Shown here: positions 28,567 to 38,273 of the stretch, one piece after another
Layout: every line of letters begins with the position of its first letter
Position numbering within the stretch: position 1 is the first letter of the stretch
NCBI GenBank assembly: GCA_965261545.1
Contig: CBDHDF010000010.1
Location: 832,001-896,000 of the forward strand
DNA: 64,000 nt
Direction: 5' to 3'
Source: Bdellovibrionales bacterium
Lineage (GTDB): Bacteria; Bdellovibrionota; Bdellovibrionia; Bdellovibrionales; UBA1609
Notes under the pieces: generated by a model
Seen by the model: only the letters and a program-made list of their open reading frames with translations
Databases searched by the model: none
What the model was told of the DNA's origin: nothing
Position numbers and translations under genes: made by a program

Positions 28567-29955
28567 TTATTTTTTAGATTTGTAATCAAAAAGGCCATGC
28601 TTTTTAATGAGTTCGCAAATTTGTTGAGGAACCTTTTGCTCCCAGTTGGGGTCTTGGGCTGCAATCATCCCTTGAATATCTTCACATTGAAGAGATAGGC
28701 TCTCTCCACCATAACGAATGGGGATCCTCTTAATAAGATCACTGGAAGTAAGATATTTATAAAGAGACATGAGTCGTAAGTCGAGTTTCCATGTATCAGA
28801 AAGGGCCAACTGAGAGGGATTTTGAAAGACGTAGAGTTGAGTTTGGTCATCAAAAAGTTTTCCTAGACCGCTGAGAATACCTCCTTTAAGACTCTCATAA
28901 GAAGACTCATTGAAAATATCTACGATCTCAAAAGCTCCAAGGATGATAGCGAGCTTGTTGGCTGTATGATGACGCAAGTAATTCTTTAATTCATAGGGCA
29001 AATTAAAATTTGAAATAAGGGCATGGTGGCCGAGGGAGTTAATCATTTCGACTCTTCTCAAGTAATCATTGAAATCCCTTTTTTGATGATACATAGAGAT
29101 TTCTAAGATGATACCAAGATTCTTTTTAAAGCTGGGATCATCTTTGCAAAATTGCTCCCCCCCTTTTTCTATGAGTTCAAGTTGAATATTGGTCATGGGG
29201 TTAAATTGCCCCCTGTGTACGAGCAAAGGAACCTGGTAGAAAGTATCCGAAGGCTGCTCAATGGATCCGCTGGCACTAAAGAGTATGCCCTGGGCAACTC
29301 CTTGGACGAGAAGCTCTAAGTTGAGAAGGGGTGACTGGAGATGATCGAGTTGGGGAGCTTTGAGATCAATAATATCAATTTCCATCCTTTGAAGCCCAAT
29401 GTTTTTAATGAGCGATGTCACAAACTTTTTTTCGGAACTATGCCTATAAAAGGCACTAAAAAGTAAATTGACACCCAGTATGCCAAGCGCCTCATGTTGT
29501 TGAAGACGCTGAGGGTCTTTCATATTGACGTGGAGAATAACATCGTTAGGTGGACCTTCGGGAGTTATCTGAAAGCGTACCCCCATCCACCCATGGCAAA
29601 CCCTTTTGTTTTTGTAGCTGCTGGTGGCCACCGTGTTGGCGAAAACAAAAAAGAGTGAATTTTCGCCCCGGTTTTTATGAAGCCTTTGGGTGAGCAATTC
29701 ATACTCATGATCGAGCATTTTGGAGAGGCGAGCCGCACTTACATACCGATGTCCTTTTCCATAAATGGCATCACTGAAGGTCATGTCATAGGCTGACATT
29801 GTTTTGGCAATGGTGTTGGAGGCTAGGCCCACACGGAAAAAATGTCTTGCCACCTCCTGCCCTGCACCAATCTCTGCAAAAGTGCCATACCGCTTAGTAT
29901 CTTGGTTCACCGTAAGGGCTCTCTTTGTGGTGGTCATATTTTGGTCTTCATTCAT
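28567..29955 (-). CDS. Conserved protein of the nicotinate-nucleotide adenylyltransferase-like family
   Basis: YGTFAEIGAGQEVAR.FF, AKTMSAYDM.FSDAIYG, HGWMGVRFQ, RG.F.P.T motifs. Confidence 0.7.
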   Translation of the reverse strand: MNEDQNMTTTKRALTVNQDTKRYGTFAEIGAGQEVARHFFRVGLASNTIAKTMSAYDMTFSDAIYGKGHRYVSAARLSKMLDHEYELLTQRLHKNRGENSLFFVFANTVATSSYKNKRVCHGWMGVRFQITPEGPPNDVILHVNMKDPQRLQQHEALGILGVNLLFSAFYRHSSEKKFVTSLIKNIGLQRMEIDIIDLKAPQLDHLQSPLLNLELLVQGVAQGILFSASGSIEQPSDTFYQVPLLVHRGQFNPMTNIQLELIEKGGEQFCKDDPSFKKNLGIILEISMYHQKRDFNDYLRRVEMINSLGHHALISNFNLPYELKNYLRHHTANKLAIILGAFEIVDIFNESSYESLKGGILSGLGKLFDDQTQLYVFQNPSQLALSDTWKLDLRLMSLYKYLTSSDLIKRIPIRYGGESLSLQCEDIQGMIAAQDPNWEQKVPQQICELIKKHGLFDYKSKK

Positions 29956-30016
29956 GAGAAATATCTCCTCACGGGGCTCATCATTGATTGCTGAAAGCTG
30001 AAAGAATCCCGCCCAG

Positions 30017-30940
30017 TTATTGCTGGAAGTTGAAAGGATATTTAAAATCTATAATTGGCCCCTCAAAAGGTCTAAATCTTATGCCTTGAAAGATATTTGC
30101 AATACAAGTTTCCAATTTTTTATTTTGAACTTGGCTTTGCACAACTTTGACATTGGTGATGTGGCCTGTTGGGAGGATGCTAAATCCGATGAGAAGTTGA
30201 CCCTTGACGGCTTCGTTTTCCGCCATGCGACGAAGTAGACAGCCTTCAAACATAGGACGCTTTTCGCTCACAATTTTTTCAATGTATACATTGCTTAAAT
30301 TTTGGAGGTCCTGCTTGAGGGTGAGGGGAGGCGTGTTAGGGAGTGGGAGTAGTATCTTGGGAAGTGGAAGTGGTGCAGGAGGTGGTAGCGCAGGAGGTGG
30401 TGGCGCAGGAGGTGTTTGGGGAGGCTGCAGAGAAGGCAATGCCGAAGATGGTGTAAGAGGAGCGAGATTTTGTTCAGGAGTCAACTTTCTATTGTTGGAA
30501 AAAATGTAGACACTGTCAGAGGCTCCCCTCTTAAGGGTCTTGTAGCGACCTGTTTTAAGATAGATATACATGGGAGCTTGCATCTCCTTTTCATCCCATA
30601 GTTCCAGGATAATTTTGCTATTTTCATAGAACTCAATGGTGTATCCCGATAGAAATTGCAAAGTGAGTTGGGATTGACGGTCCACATGGATATGGTCGTA
30701 GTTAAATATGGCCTCTCCTTTTTTCAAAGGGACGCTTTTATTTTTCTGATACCTTCTGGCATGAGCCGTCCCCTTAAGGTTCTGAATGAAACCCACCTTG
30801 GGAGGGAGAGGCACAGGGGGCTGAATTAAGCTGCTTAACCACTGGGAAATGGGCTTCATGTAACAAGTAAGAAGAACGACTGCAATCAGAGTCGGTACTA
30901 AGTAGGCAAGATAGGTGAGGGTGGGGCGCATGGATATCAA
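30017..30940 (-). CDS. Membrane-anchored FecR-like / Pro-rich / TonB-C (AgmX-PglI-like) protein
   Basis: N-terminal TM; beta-rich FecR-like region; poly-Pro linker; C-terminal G.....F.I...G.I..V....S......LE.CI...F....F. Confidence 0.7.
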   Translation of the reverse strand: MISMRPTLTYLAYLVPTLIAVVLLTCYMKPISQWLSSLIQPPVPLPPKVGFIQNLKGTAHARRYQKNKSVPLKKGEAIFNYDHIHVDRQSQLTLQFLSGYTIEFYENSKIILELWDEKEMQAPMYIYLKTGRYKTLKRGASDSVYIFSNNRKLTPEQNLAPLTPSSALPSLQPPQTPPAPPPPALPPPAPLPLPKILLPLPNTPPLTLKQDLQNLSNVYIEKIVSEKRPMFEGCLLRRMAENEAVKGQLLIGFSILPTGHITNVKVVQSQVQNKKLETCIANIFQGIRFRPFEGPIIDFKYPFNFQQ

Positions 30941-30970
30941 AGCCTTAGGATGCGACTTAAAGACTCATCA

Positions 30971-31522
30971 TCATGGCTGATGGTCCTTGGATGTTTTGGG
31001 TTCGGAAGTTCCCTGTTTATGGGGAAGGGTTTGAGAAGAGCGAGACTCTGTAGGCTCCGGGGAAGAAACTCCAGACCCAGACCCAGGTGTCGATGTTGCT
31101 GGCTCAGATGGAGAGGCTTTAGAGGGAGGTACCTCCATGGCTTTGCCTTTCATATCCTTCATATCTTTCATATCCTTATTTTCTAACATGTCTTGATTTT
31201 CTAAAATACCGGAGTCCTTTTTTCCATTTTCTATGTTTTCCACAGGGGCAGATGTAGGAATAAAATCATCAATGACACTTTTATTGGACTGCGTAGATAG
31301 ATAGGCAAGTCCAATACATGTGGCAGCAAAGGTCACTGCTGTGACCCGAGTTAGCTTCACCAAAAAGCTGGAGGCACCTCCTGCCCCAAAAATGGTTTGC
31401 GAGCTTCCACCTCCACCAAGAGGCCCCATAGCTCCACCTTTGGAATCTTGAAGCAACACAAGCAAAATAAGCACGAAGGCCACCGATAGATGAATAATTG
31501 TTATAAAAGCTAAAAGACTCAT
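30971..31522 (-). CDS. secG: Preprotein translocase subunit SecG with long disordered tail
   Basis: LILLVLLQ..KGG.MG..GGG.S...FG..G...FL.K.T; AGGAG RBS before 31522. Confidence 0.92.
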   Translation of the reverse strand: MSLLAFITIIHLSVAFVLILLVLLQDSKGGAMGPLGGGGSSQTIFGAGGASSFLVKLTRVTAVTFAATCIGLAYLSTQSNKSVIDDFIPTSAPVENIENGKKDSGILENQDMLENKDMKDMKDMKGKAMEVPPSKASPSEPATSTPGSGSGVSSPEPTESRSSQTLPHKQGTSEPKTSKDHQP

Positions 31523-31626
31523 AGTTAAGGCTCTCCTAAAACGATGAAAGTACAATGCAAATTTACAAAAGGCAAATTGTGTCACCCACTATCTCCGAAA
31601 ATAATGCATAGAGTTGCTATCCTCCG

Positions 31627-31663
31627 TCCTTTCTCACACCATGTCACATAGTGTGAGAAAGGA
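31627..31663. promoter_or_regulatory. Perfect 13-bp inverted repeat between divergent secG and tmk
   Basis: TCCTTTCTCACAC-N11-GTGTGAGAAAGGA. Confidence 0.4.
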
Positions 31664-31756
31664 AGGGAAGGCAGAAGGAGATAAAATCGCATCATTCGCA
31701 TAATCAATGACAAGTGGATCATGGACGGTTTAGAAAAGTTAAGATAGAAAAAGAGA

Positions 31757-32395
31757 GTGGCATTTATTGTATTTGAAGGTTTAGACGGATCGGGTAAATC
31801 AACTCTCATAAGTACTTTTGCTGAGAAGCTTAAGTCCCATGGCATTGAGTGCATTCTCACTCGGGAGCCAGGGGGGACAGTTTTGGGAGAAGAGGTGCGT
31901 CGCCTTTTATTGTCCACGGAAGGAGAACCACCAAGTCCCCGGTGTGAGTTGCTTCTCTATGAGGCCATTCGGGCCCAACATGTCGATGTTAAAATCCGGC
32001 CGGCCCTTGAAAAAGGGCTCTGGGTTCTTTGTGATCGCTATGCGGCGAGCACCGTAGCTTTTCAAGTGGGGGGAAGGGGGCTGAGCGCATCCTCTGTGGA
32101 CTGGTTGAATCGCTATGCCACAGGAGGGTGCCAACCCGATTTATGGGTGTTACTGGATTTAACAGTGGACCAAGCGGCCAAGAGACTTGATGGTCGAAAG
32201 CACTCCCATAGAGATCGATTTGAGCAGGAAGAAAAAGACTTTCACGAGAGGGTGAGAAAAAAGTATTTAGAAATTTCCCAGACACAAGAAAATTGGCTTT
32301 GCCTGAATGGCAAAAGGCCCCTTGAAAGGCTTCATGAGGAAATTCTTTCCAAGTTAAAGTTGGACCCAAGGCTAGGTTTGAACCCAAGACTTTAA
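31757..32395 (+). CDS. tmk: Thymidylate kinase
   Basis: FEGLDGSGKST, TREPGGT, LCDRY..S..A.Q, DRFE. Confidence 0.96.
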   Translation: MAFIVFEGLDGSGKSTLISTFAEKLKSHGIECILTREPGGTVLGEEVRRLLLSTEGEPPSPRCELLLYEAIRAQHVDVKIRPALEKGLWVLCDRYAASTVAFQVGGRGLSASSVDWLNRYATGGCQPDLWVLLDLTVDQAAKRLDGRKHSHRDRFEQEEKDFHERVRKKYLEISQTQENWLCLNGKRPLERLHEEILSKLKLDPRLGLNPRL

Positions 32396-32524
32396 ACCCA
32401 AGGCGTCGGGCAGTGCACGACCCACCCATAGAGCTTGCGCACTCCCGCTCAGAGAGGTGAACGCCTGGCAAACAGGCCACGGGGAACAAGTAAGCCAAAG
32501 ATGAGCGCTTTCCTCGTGCCGTAT

Positions 32525-33619
32525 TCACCCCCCTCCCTGCTTTGCGACATAGAAAAAATTCATCTGCCTTGTCACTTCTTTGGGAAGCAGGGGAAGTGCA
32601 GAGCGAGGGATTAAAAAGGTGGTCAACTGAAAGAAATCAGTAAATAGCTTGTGGTGTTCGGCAGATTTTTTTAAATACTCCGCTCCAGAGGATCCTCCGG
32701 TTCCCACCTTGGTGCCAAGCATTCTTTTTGCCATGAGAGCATGACGATAACGCCACTGAGTGAGCAGTTCATCAATATTTAAAAGACAGGTAATCACCCG
32801 AAAGGGCAAACTGAGGGCCGGATGGTCGCGGTAGAGTTGAATAAACAAGGCACCATGGATCGCCGGGTAAGAAAGTCTCCACTGCCCTTGTTCCTTCATT
32901 TCAAGATATTGATGTTCGTCGAATAGGGCCGAAAATGTGGATAAGGATTGATCCACATTGTTTAAGGCTTTTTTTCTCGACTCATCATCCAAGTGCTCGT
33001 TGCGATCAATGAGGTCCCTTTCACGCTCAAACATAGCTTCCACAGCCTTTTGATAGAGACTCCAAAAGCGAAACTCCCCGGCGTTGACAAAAGGAGTTCT
33101 TCCAAGCCACTGATCCACATGATCGAGGAGAGAGGGAGAGTCTTCTGTTTCCAGCAAAAGCTTTGCTTGGTCCTTCTTAAAGTATTGATGGTAGGGAGCA
33201 TTGTTATAGGTCATGCGATACTGACTTTTAAGTCCTAACTTGTTTTCAATAAGACGAAACTGAAAACTTTGAAACCCTGAAGCTGGGTAGAGCATGTCTC
33301 TAAAATCCAAGAACTCCATGGGAGACATGGTTTCTAAAACATCAATTTGTTGGCCAATTAATTTTTGAATTTCTATAAATCTCTCCAACCGAGAGACAAT
33401 AAGGCTCATATTGTTTTCAGAGTCTTCAAGTTGACTAAAAACTAAAAGCACCGAATCAAGCTCATGGAGCATTTGCTTAAACCAAAGCTCATAAGCTTGG
33501 TGCACAACAATAAAGAGCATTTCTTCATGGGCTGGTCGCCCCTCTTCATCACTCCGTAAGGATTGGCTACTTAAGAGGCGATCCAACTTTAAATATTCAT
33601 GATATTGAATAGGTTTCAT
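32525..33619 (-). CDS. kynA: Tryptophan 2,3-dioxygenase (long form)
   Basis: Y.EYL.LD.LL, HEEMLFIVVHQAYELWFKQ, ASGFQSFQFR, GTGGSSG. Confidence 0.95.
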   Translation of the reverse strand: MKPIQYHEYLKLDRLLSSQSLRSDEEGRPAHEEMLFIVVHQAYELWFKQMLHELDSVLLVFSQLEDSENNMSLIVSRLERFIEIQKLIGQQIDVLETMSPMEFLDFRDMLYPASGFQSFQFRLIENKLGLKSQYRMTYNNAPYHQYFKKDQAKLLLETEDSPSLLDHVDQWLGRTPFVNAGEFRFWSLYQKAVEAMFERERDLIDRNEHLDDESRKKALNNVDQSLSTFSALFDEHQYLEMKEQGQWRLSYPAIHGALFIQLYRDHPALSLPFRVITCLLNIDELLTQWRYRHALMAKRMLGTKVGTGGSSGAEYLKKSAEHHKLFTDFFQLTTFLIPRSALPLLPKEVTRQMNFFYVAKQGGG

Positions 33620-33740
33620 AGCATGGCACAGGTTTCATAGCACGGCTCGGGTTTTGTAGTATGGTATTCATAGCACGGCTCGGTCTTAATAATAGTATGT
33701 TTATATAGTATTTTGTCTATTGCGATTGCGACAACAATTG

Positions 33741-34322
33741 CTATTGCGACAGATTTTTAGACGCAAACTCCCAGTTGACAAGATTCCAAAATGCCTCCAT
33801 GTACTTGGGTCGAGCATTTCTATAATCAATATAATAAGCATGCTCCCAAACATCACATGTCACTAAAGGCTTGTTTTCACCTGTAAGTGGAGTTCCGGCA
33901 TTGGATGTTTTCTCAATGGCGAGTTTCCCCTGGGGAGTTTGGACAAGCCAAGCCCAGCCCGACCCAAAGAGAGTTGTTGCCACTGTAGTGAATTCATTCT
34001 TAAAATTTTCAAAACTTCCAAAGGATTGAGAAATGGTTTCGGCCAAAGCTCCTGAGGGAACTCCGCCACCACGGGGTGAAAGGCTGTTCCAGTAAAAAGA
34101 ATGATTCCAAATCTGGGCGGCATTGTTAAAAATTCCCTCAGAAGATTTTTTAACAATATTTTCTAGATCCATTCCTTCAAACTCTGTTCCTGGGAGGGCA
34201 TCGTTCAGCTTGGTGACGTAGGTGCGATGGTGTTTTCCGTAGTGGTACTCAATGGTTTCGGTAGAAATATGGGGCTGAAGAGCATCGTTGGAATAGGGCA
34301 AATCAGGAAGTGTGATCGGCAT
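33741..34322 (-). CDS. sodB: Fe superoxide dismutase
   Basis: [32 protein letters not shown]. Confidence 0.96.
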   Translation of the reverse strand: MPITLPDLPYSNDALQPHISTETIEYHYGKHHRTYVTKLNDALPGTEFEGMDLENIVKKSSEGIFNNAAQIWNHSFYWNSLSPRGGGVPSGALAETISQSFGSFENFKNEFTTVATTLFGSGWAWLVQTPQGKLAIEKTSNAGTPLTGENKPLVTCDVWEHAYYIDYRNARPKYMEAFWNLVNWEFASKNLSQ

Positions 34323-34487
34323 TTTAAACTCCTTTCTTGAGTTTTTATTTTCTTGAATCTTTATTTTTAGACTATGTCTTAGTCTTACAACTTTGTCTTA
34401 AACTTTTTTAAAACCTTTACATTCACCTATTACTTTGACTTTTCTGACTTTTGTCAATCGGACAATGGAAAATGCTTATTTTTTTCT

Positions 34488-34514
34488 TCAAGTTTCCTAG
34501 GTTTTTGTCGATAG
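34488..34514 (+). promoter_or_regulatory. Putative sigma28 (FliA) promoter
   Basis: TCAA-N15-GTCGATAG versus consensus TAAA-N15-GCCGATAA, 155 bp upstream of the lipoprotein gene. Confidence 0.5.
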
Positions 34515-34669
34515 AAGTCATAGCAAGGAGTCAAAGTGCCATCGCTTCCATACCTTAGTGGATACGATGGGGTGCTGGAGTCAGATATTTAACGCAATGC
34601 ATATAAGCGCAATATAAGGCCGCTCCATGAGTTAAATGTAAAAAGGACTTCTCAACAGGAGAAAATGAA

Positions 34670-36082
34670 ATGGGTCACCACTATAAGAAAATCAGTTTGT
34701 CACTACTGATAAGCATAGCCGCTTGTACCACTTTTATAGCCTGCTCCAACAACGAGAGCGAAACTGTGACCGATGGTCCCAGTGTGGGGCAGCCCAAGCC
34801 CCCCAAGAGTCCCCCCTCTCCACCCGGGACTCCAAGTGAAGTTGTGGATAATAACGCTATGTATATAAATTTTTCTCAAAAAACCAAGGACACTTATGAT
34901 TTTTATACAAGCCGAAATGGTATTTTTGGAAGTGACTGCAATATTCAACCCTCTGCCAAAGGAACGCATATCGAGTGCCTCATTGATGTGCTCGAACTGG
35001 ACCTCAATTTCCATGGCTTTGAACTGGAAGTCAATGTTCCAAAGAATATGTGTGATTATGCCAGCTTTGACCCCTACTGGTACTATACAAGAGAAATCGG
35101 CGTCGGCCCTGAATCGATCACCTTAAATATCACAGAGAAAACCTCAGGGGAAACAAGTTCCAGAAACTACACTTCCTGTGTGGTGGATGGCGTGACTAAG
35201 GATTCTTGCACGAATTTTAAAGAAGTAACCATCAATGTTGAGGATGACTCTGTCTCCTGTATTTATGATACATCCAAAGAGGACAATGGAGCCAACTGTT
35301 GCGTCGGAAACTACACTGTCATAAAAAATATCACAAGAATCACCACAACGAAAAATGATGATGGTACAGCGAGCACCGAAACAGAGACCCTTCCTCCCAT
35401 TAAAGACAAGGGCTCTTGGGGAGTTAGTTTGGGTGAGTGTGTAGGGGGAGCCACTCGGGGTGATTGGTCCCGTACTGCTAATAAAATCGACACCTCGGTG
35501 GGGGTTTTTTATAGTGTCAATGATGAGGGGCTTCGCAAAACCTACAATATGCCTCGCAATCCATACGCCAACAGCTTCCAACTCGCCAATTTTTATGAGA
35601 GGGGGAGCACTCCCTCGGACTCTCCTCACTACCATACAGGCGTTGTGAACACAGTTTTAAAATCCAGTCGCCCCTACGCTATGGATGCCCTTGAGGATCG
35701 CAGTGGAACAAATCTAAGAAGCCGTTACAGCCCAATTCCTCGACCTCAAGATGCCTATGAGTTGACCTGTTACGATCGAGGAAAAGAGGCCATTAATAGT
35801 ATTCGTATCTTTGTGCGAGACTGGAACACAATCAAAGAGTTTGAGCTTTACGGTAGCACATTGGGGGATCAAGGGGACCCCGATCTGATTGGCCTCGAAG
35901 GTGTCAATTGTGATTATACAACGGGGCTGGGAATTTGCAACGACGACTGGGACTGGGAAGACCTTCTCACAAGGGTTCTCAACATTCCGGGCATAAACCA
36001 AAATCAAGCCTACGATTTTACAACCCCCTCAAACAGAAAGTACTTTTTCCCCAAAGATATTGTAAAGGTTCGCGATGAATAG
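34670..36082 (+). CDS. Cysteine-rich hypothetical lipoprotein
   Basis: AGGAG RBS; FIAC lipobox; Pro-rich linker; 470-aa ORF. Confidence 0.8.
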   Translation: MGHHYKKISLSLLISIAACTTFIACSNNESETVTDGPSVGQPKPPKSPPSPPGTPSEVVDNNAMYINFSQKTKDTYDFYTSRNGIFGSDCNIQPSAKGTHIECLIDVLELDLNFHGFELEVNVPKNMCDYASFDPYWYYTREIGVGPESITLNITEKTSGETSSRNYTSCVVDGVTKDSCTNFKEVTINVEDDSVSCIYDTSKEDNGANCCVGNYTVIKNITRITTTKNDDGTASTETETLPPIKDKGSWGVSLGECVGGATRGDWSRTANKIDTSVGVFYSVNDEGLRKTYNMPRNPYANSFQLANFYERGSTPSDSPHYHTGVVNTVLKSSRPYAMDALEDRSGTNLRSRYSPIPRPQDAYELTCYDRGKEAINSIRIFVRDWNTIKEFELYGSTLGDQGDPDLIGLEGVNCDYTTGLGICNDDWDWEDLLTRVLNIPGINQNQAYDFTTPSNRKYFFPKDIVKVRDE

Positions 36083-36320
36083 TGGGCACTAAATAAATGG
36101 TGTCAATGAATGCTCAGAACCCTCATCAATACGGGAAATATCACATATCACAGTGCAAACAAAGGGTTCCAAAGTAGACTTTCAGCACCAATGTGTTTGC
36201 GCTTCGTGGCACACATTCACTTTCGTCCCATCCCTCCTTGCTTTTCTAGAGTCAGCTATTGTATGAACCACCTAACTGTATGAAGAGCCATCTACGAAAA
36301 AGAAAAAAAGGAGAAACAGC

Positions 36321-38015
36321 ATGGATAAAATATGGCTTAAAAATTACCCAGAAGGCGTGCCCCATGAAATTGATACATCCTCCTACAAGAGTATTCTTTC
36401 CCTGTTTGAAGAAACATGTGCCGAGTATGAAAGCCTGCCAGCCTTTGAAAATATGGGCGTCTCCATCTCCTTCGGTGAACTTGACAAACTAACCCAAGAA
36501 TTTGCCTCCTACTTACAAAACCACACAAACCTCAAACCCGGCGATCGAATAGCCATCCAAATGCCCAACTTGCTTCAATTTCCCGTGGTGATGTTTGGGG
36601 CCTTGAAAGCTGGCATCATTGTGGTCAATACCAACCCCCTTTACACGGCCCGAGAAATGAAGCATCAATTCAATGATGCGGGAGTAAAGGCCATTGTCAT
36701 TCTCTCCAATTTTGCCCATGTTCTTGAGGGTATCCTCGATGACACACCCATTGAAAATGTCATCGTCACAGATGTTGGTGATATGCTCGGTTGGCCCAAG
36801 AGAATCATTGTCAATAACGTTTTGAAATATATAAAGAAAATGGTTCCAGATTACAACCTTCCCAAGGCGATCCACCTTCTGGAGTCCCTTGATCTTGGGC
36901 AGGCTAGCTCTTACACTCGACCCGAAGTTGATTCCGAGGATATTGCCTTCTTACAGTATACAGGGGGAACCACGGGGGTTTCCAAGGGCGCCATGCTCAC
37001 CCATAAAAATATTATTGCCAATGTTCTCCAAGTTCGTTCATGGATAGGATTGTGCCTTGAAAAAGGCAAGGAAACCATTGTGACAGCCCTTCCCCTGTAC
37101 CATATTTTTTCCCTTTCAGCGAACTGTCTTACACTTATGAGTTGGGGGAGTACAAACCTACTCATTACCAATCCCAAAGATATTTCTGGGTTTATCAAGA
37201 CTCTCAAAAAGAGGCCCTTTACACTCATGTCGGGGGTTAATACTTTGTACAATGCTCTCATGAATCACCCCGAATTTCACACCATCGACTTTAGCTCCCT
37301 TAAATTAAGTGTGGCTGGTGGTATGGCTCTTCAACAATCTGTAGCCAATGCTTGGAGTGAAAAAACCAAGGCTCCCATTGTGGAAGGCTTTGGATTGACC
37401 GAAACTTCTCCCGTGGTTTCTATCAACCCCATGGATGAAAGCAACCGCATTGGCACTGTGGGCCTTCCTGTTCCCTCCACCGAAATCAAGGTCATTGACG
37501 AAAACAATGAAGAACTTCCCCAGGGAGAGCGAGGGGAACTTTGTGTCAAGGGACCCCAAGTTATGAAGGGCTACTGGCAGCGCCCTGACGAAACGGACAA
37601 TATCATGTTGCCGGGGGGGTGGCTGAAAACCGGGGACATTGTCACTATTGATGAAAGTGGATTTATCAAGATCGTGGATCGCAAAAAAGATATGATTCTG
37701 GTCTCGGGCTTTAATGTCTTTCCCAATGAAATTGAAGATGTGGTGGCGCAGTATTCAAAAGTCCTTGAGGTGGCCGCAGTTGGTGTGGAGGATCAAAAAT
37801 CAGGGGAAGCCATCAAAATTTTCGTCGTCTCCAAAGATAAAAGTCTTCAGAGAGAAGAGCTTATCACCCATTGTAAAAAACACTTGGTGGCCTATAAGGT
37901 GCCTAAGCTTGTGGAATTTCGAGATGAGTTGCCAAAAACCAACGTGGGTAAGATCCTGCGGCGTGCTCTCAAAGAAAATTCAGGAAGTGAAGCCCCCGCT
38001 CACACCAAGTCTTAA
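36321..38015 (+). CDS. fadD: Long-chain fatty acid-CoA ligase
   Basis: YTGGTTGVSKG, EGFGLTETSP, GWLKTGD, DRKKDMI, KTNVGKILR. Confidence 0.95.
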   Translation: MDKIWLKNYPEGVPHEIDTSSYKSILSLFEETCAEYESLPAFENMGVSISFGELDKLTQEFASYLQNHTNLKPGDRIAIQMPNLLQFPVVMFGALKAGIIVVNTNPLYTAREMKHQFNDAGVKAIVILSNFAHVLEGILDDTPIENVIVTDVGDMLGWPKRIIVNNVLKYIKKMVPDYNLPKAIHLLESLDLGQASSYTRPEVDSEDIAFLQYTGGTTGVSKGAMLTHKNIIANVLQVRSWIGLCLEKGKETIVTALPLYHIFSLSANCLTLMSWGSTNLLITNPKDISGFIKTLKKRPFTLMSGVNTLYNALMNHPEFHTIDFSSLKLSVAGGMALQQSVANAWSEKTKAPIVEGFGLTETSPVVSINPMDESNRIGTVGLPVPSTEIKVIDENNEELPQGERGELCVKGPQVMKGYWQRPDETDNIMLPGGWLKTGDIVTIDESGFIKIVDRKKDMILVSGFNVFPNEIEDVVAQYSKVLEVAAVGVEDQKSGEAIKIFVVSKDKSLQREELITHCKKHLVAYKVPKLVEFRDELPKTNVGKILRRALKENSGSEAPAHTKS

Positions 38016-38273
38016 TCTCGCTGGGTCTACTTTCCCCACCTCTTTTCTTGTTTTGGATGGCCTTTCTCTGCGCCTTGGCGACTGTTTTCTTTTTCTTGAA
38101 GGCCACTTCCCTTGTCCTGAGGACTATTTTCTTATTTTGAAGGTGACTTCCTCTGTCTCGGTGGGCTATTTTTCTTGTCTTGAAGGCTGTTTTAGTATAT
38201 CGCTATACAGATGTTTACGTCCTATATCTATCATTTAATTTATTATTTATATCATTTAATTTATCGCTTAATA

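Noticed and set aside
30940..30971. tRNA-Leu often found after secG
   Set aside because: Only 30 bp separate secG from the next gene; I recognised no tRNA or rRNA in the window.
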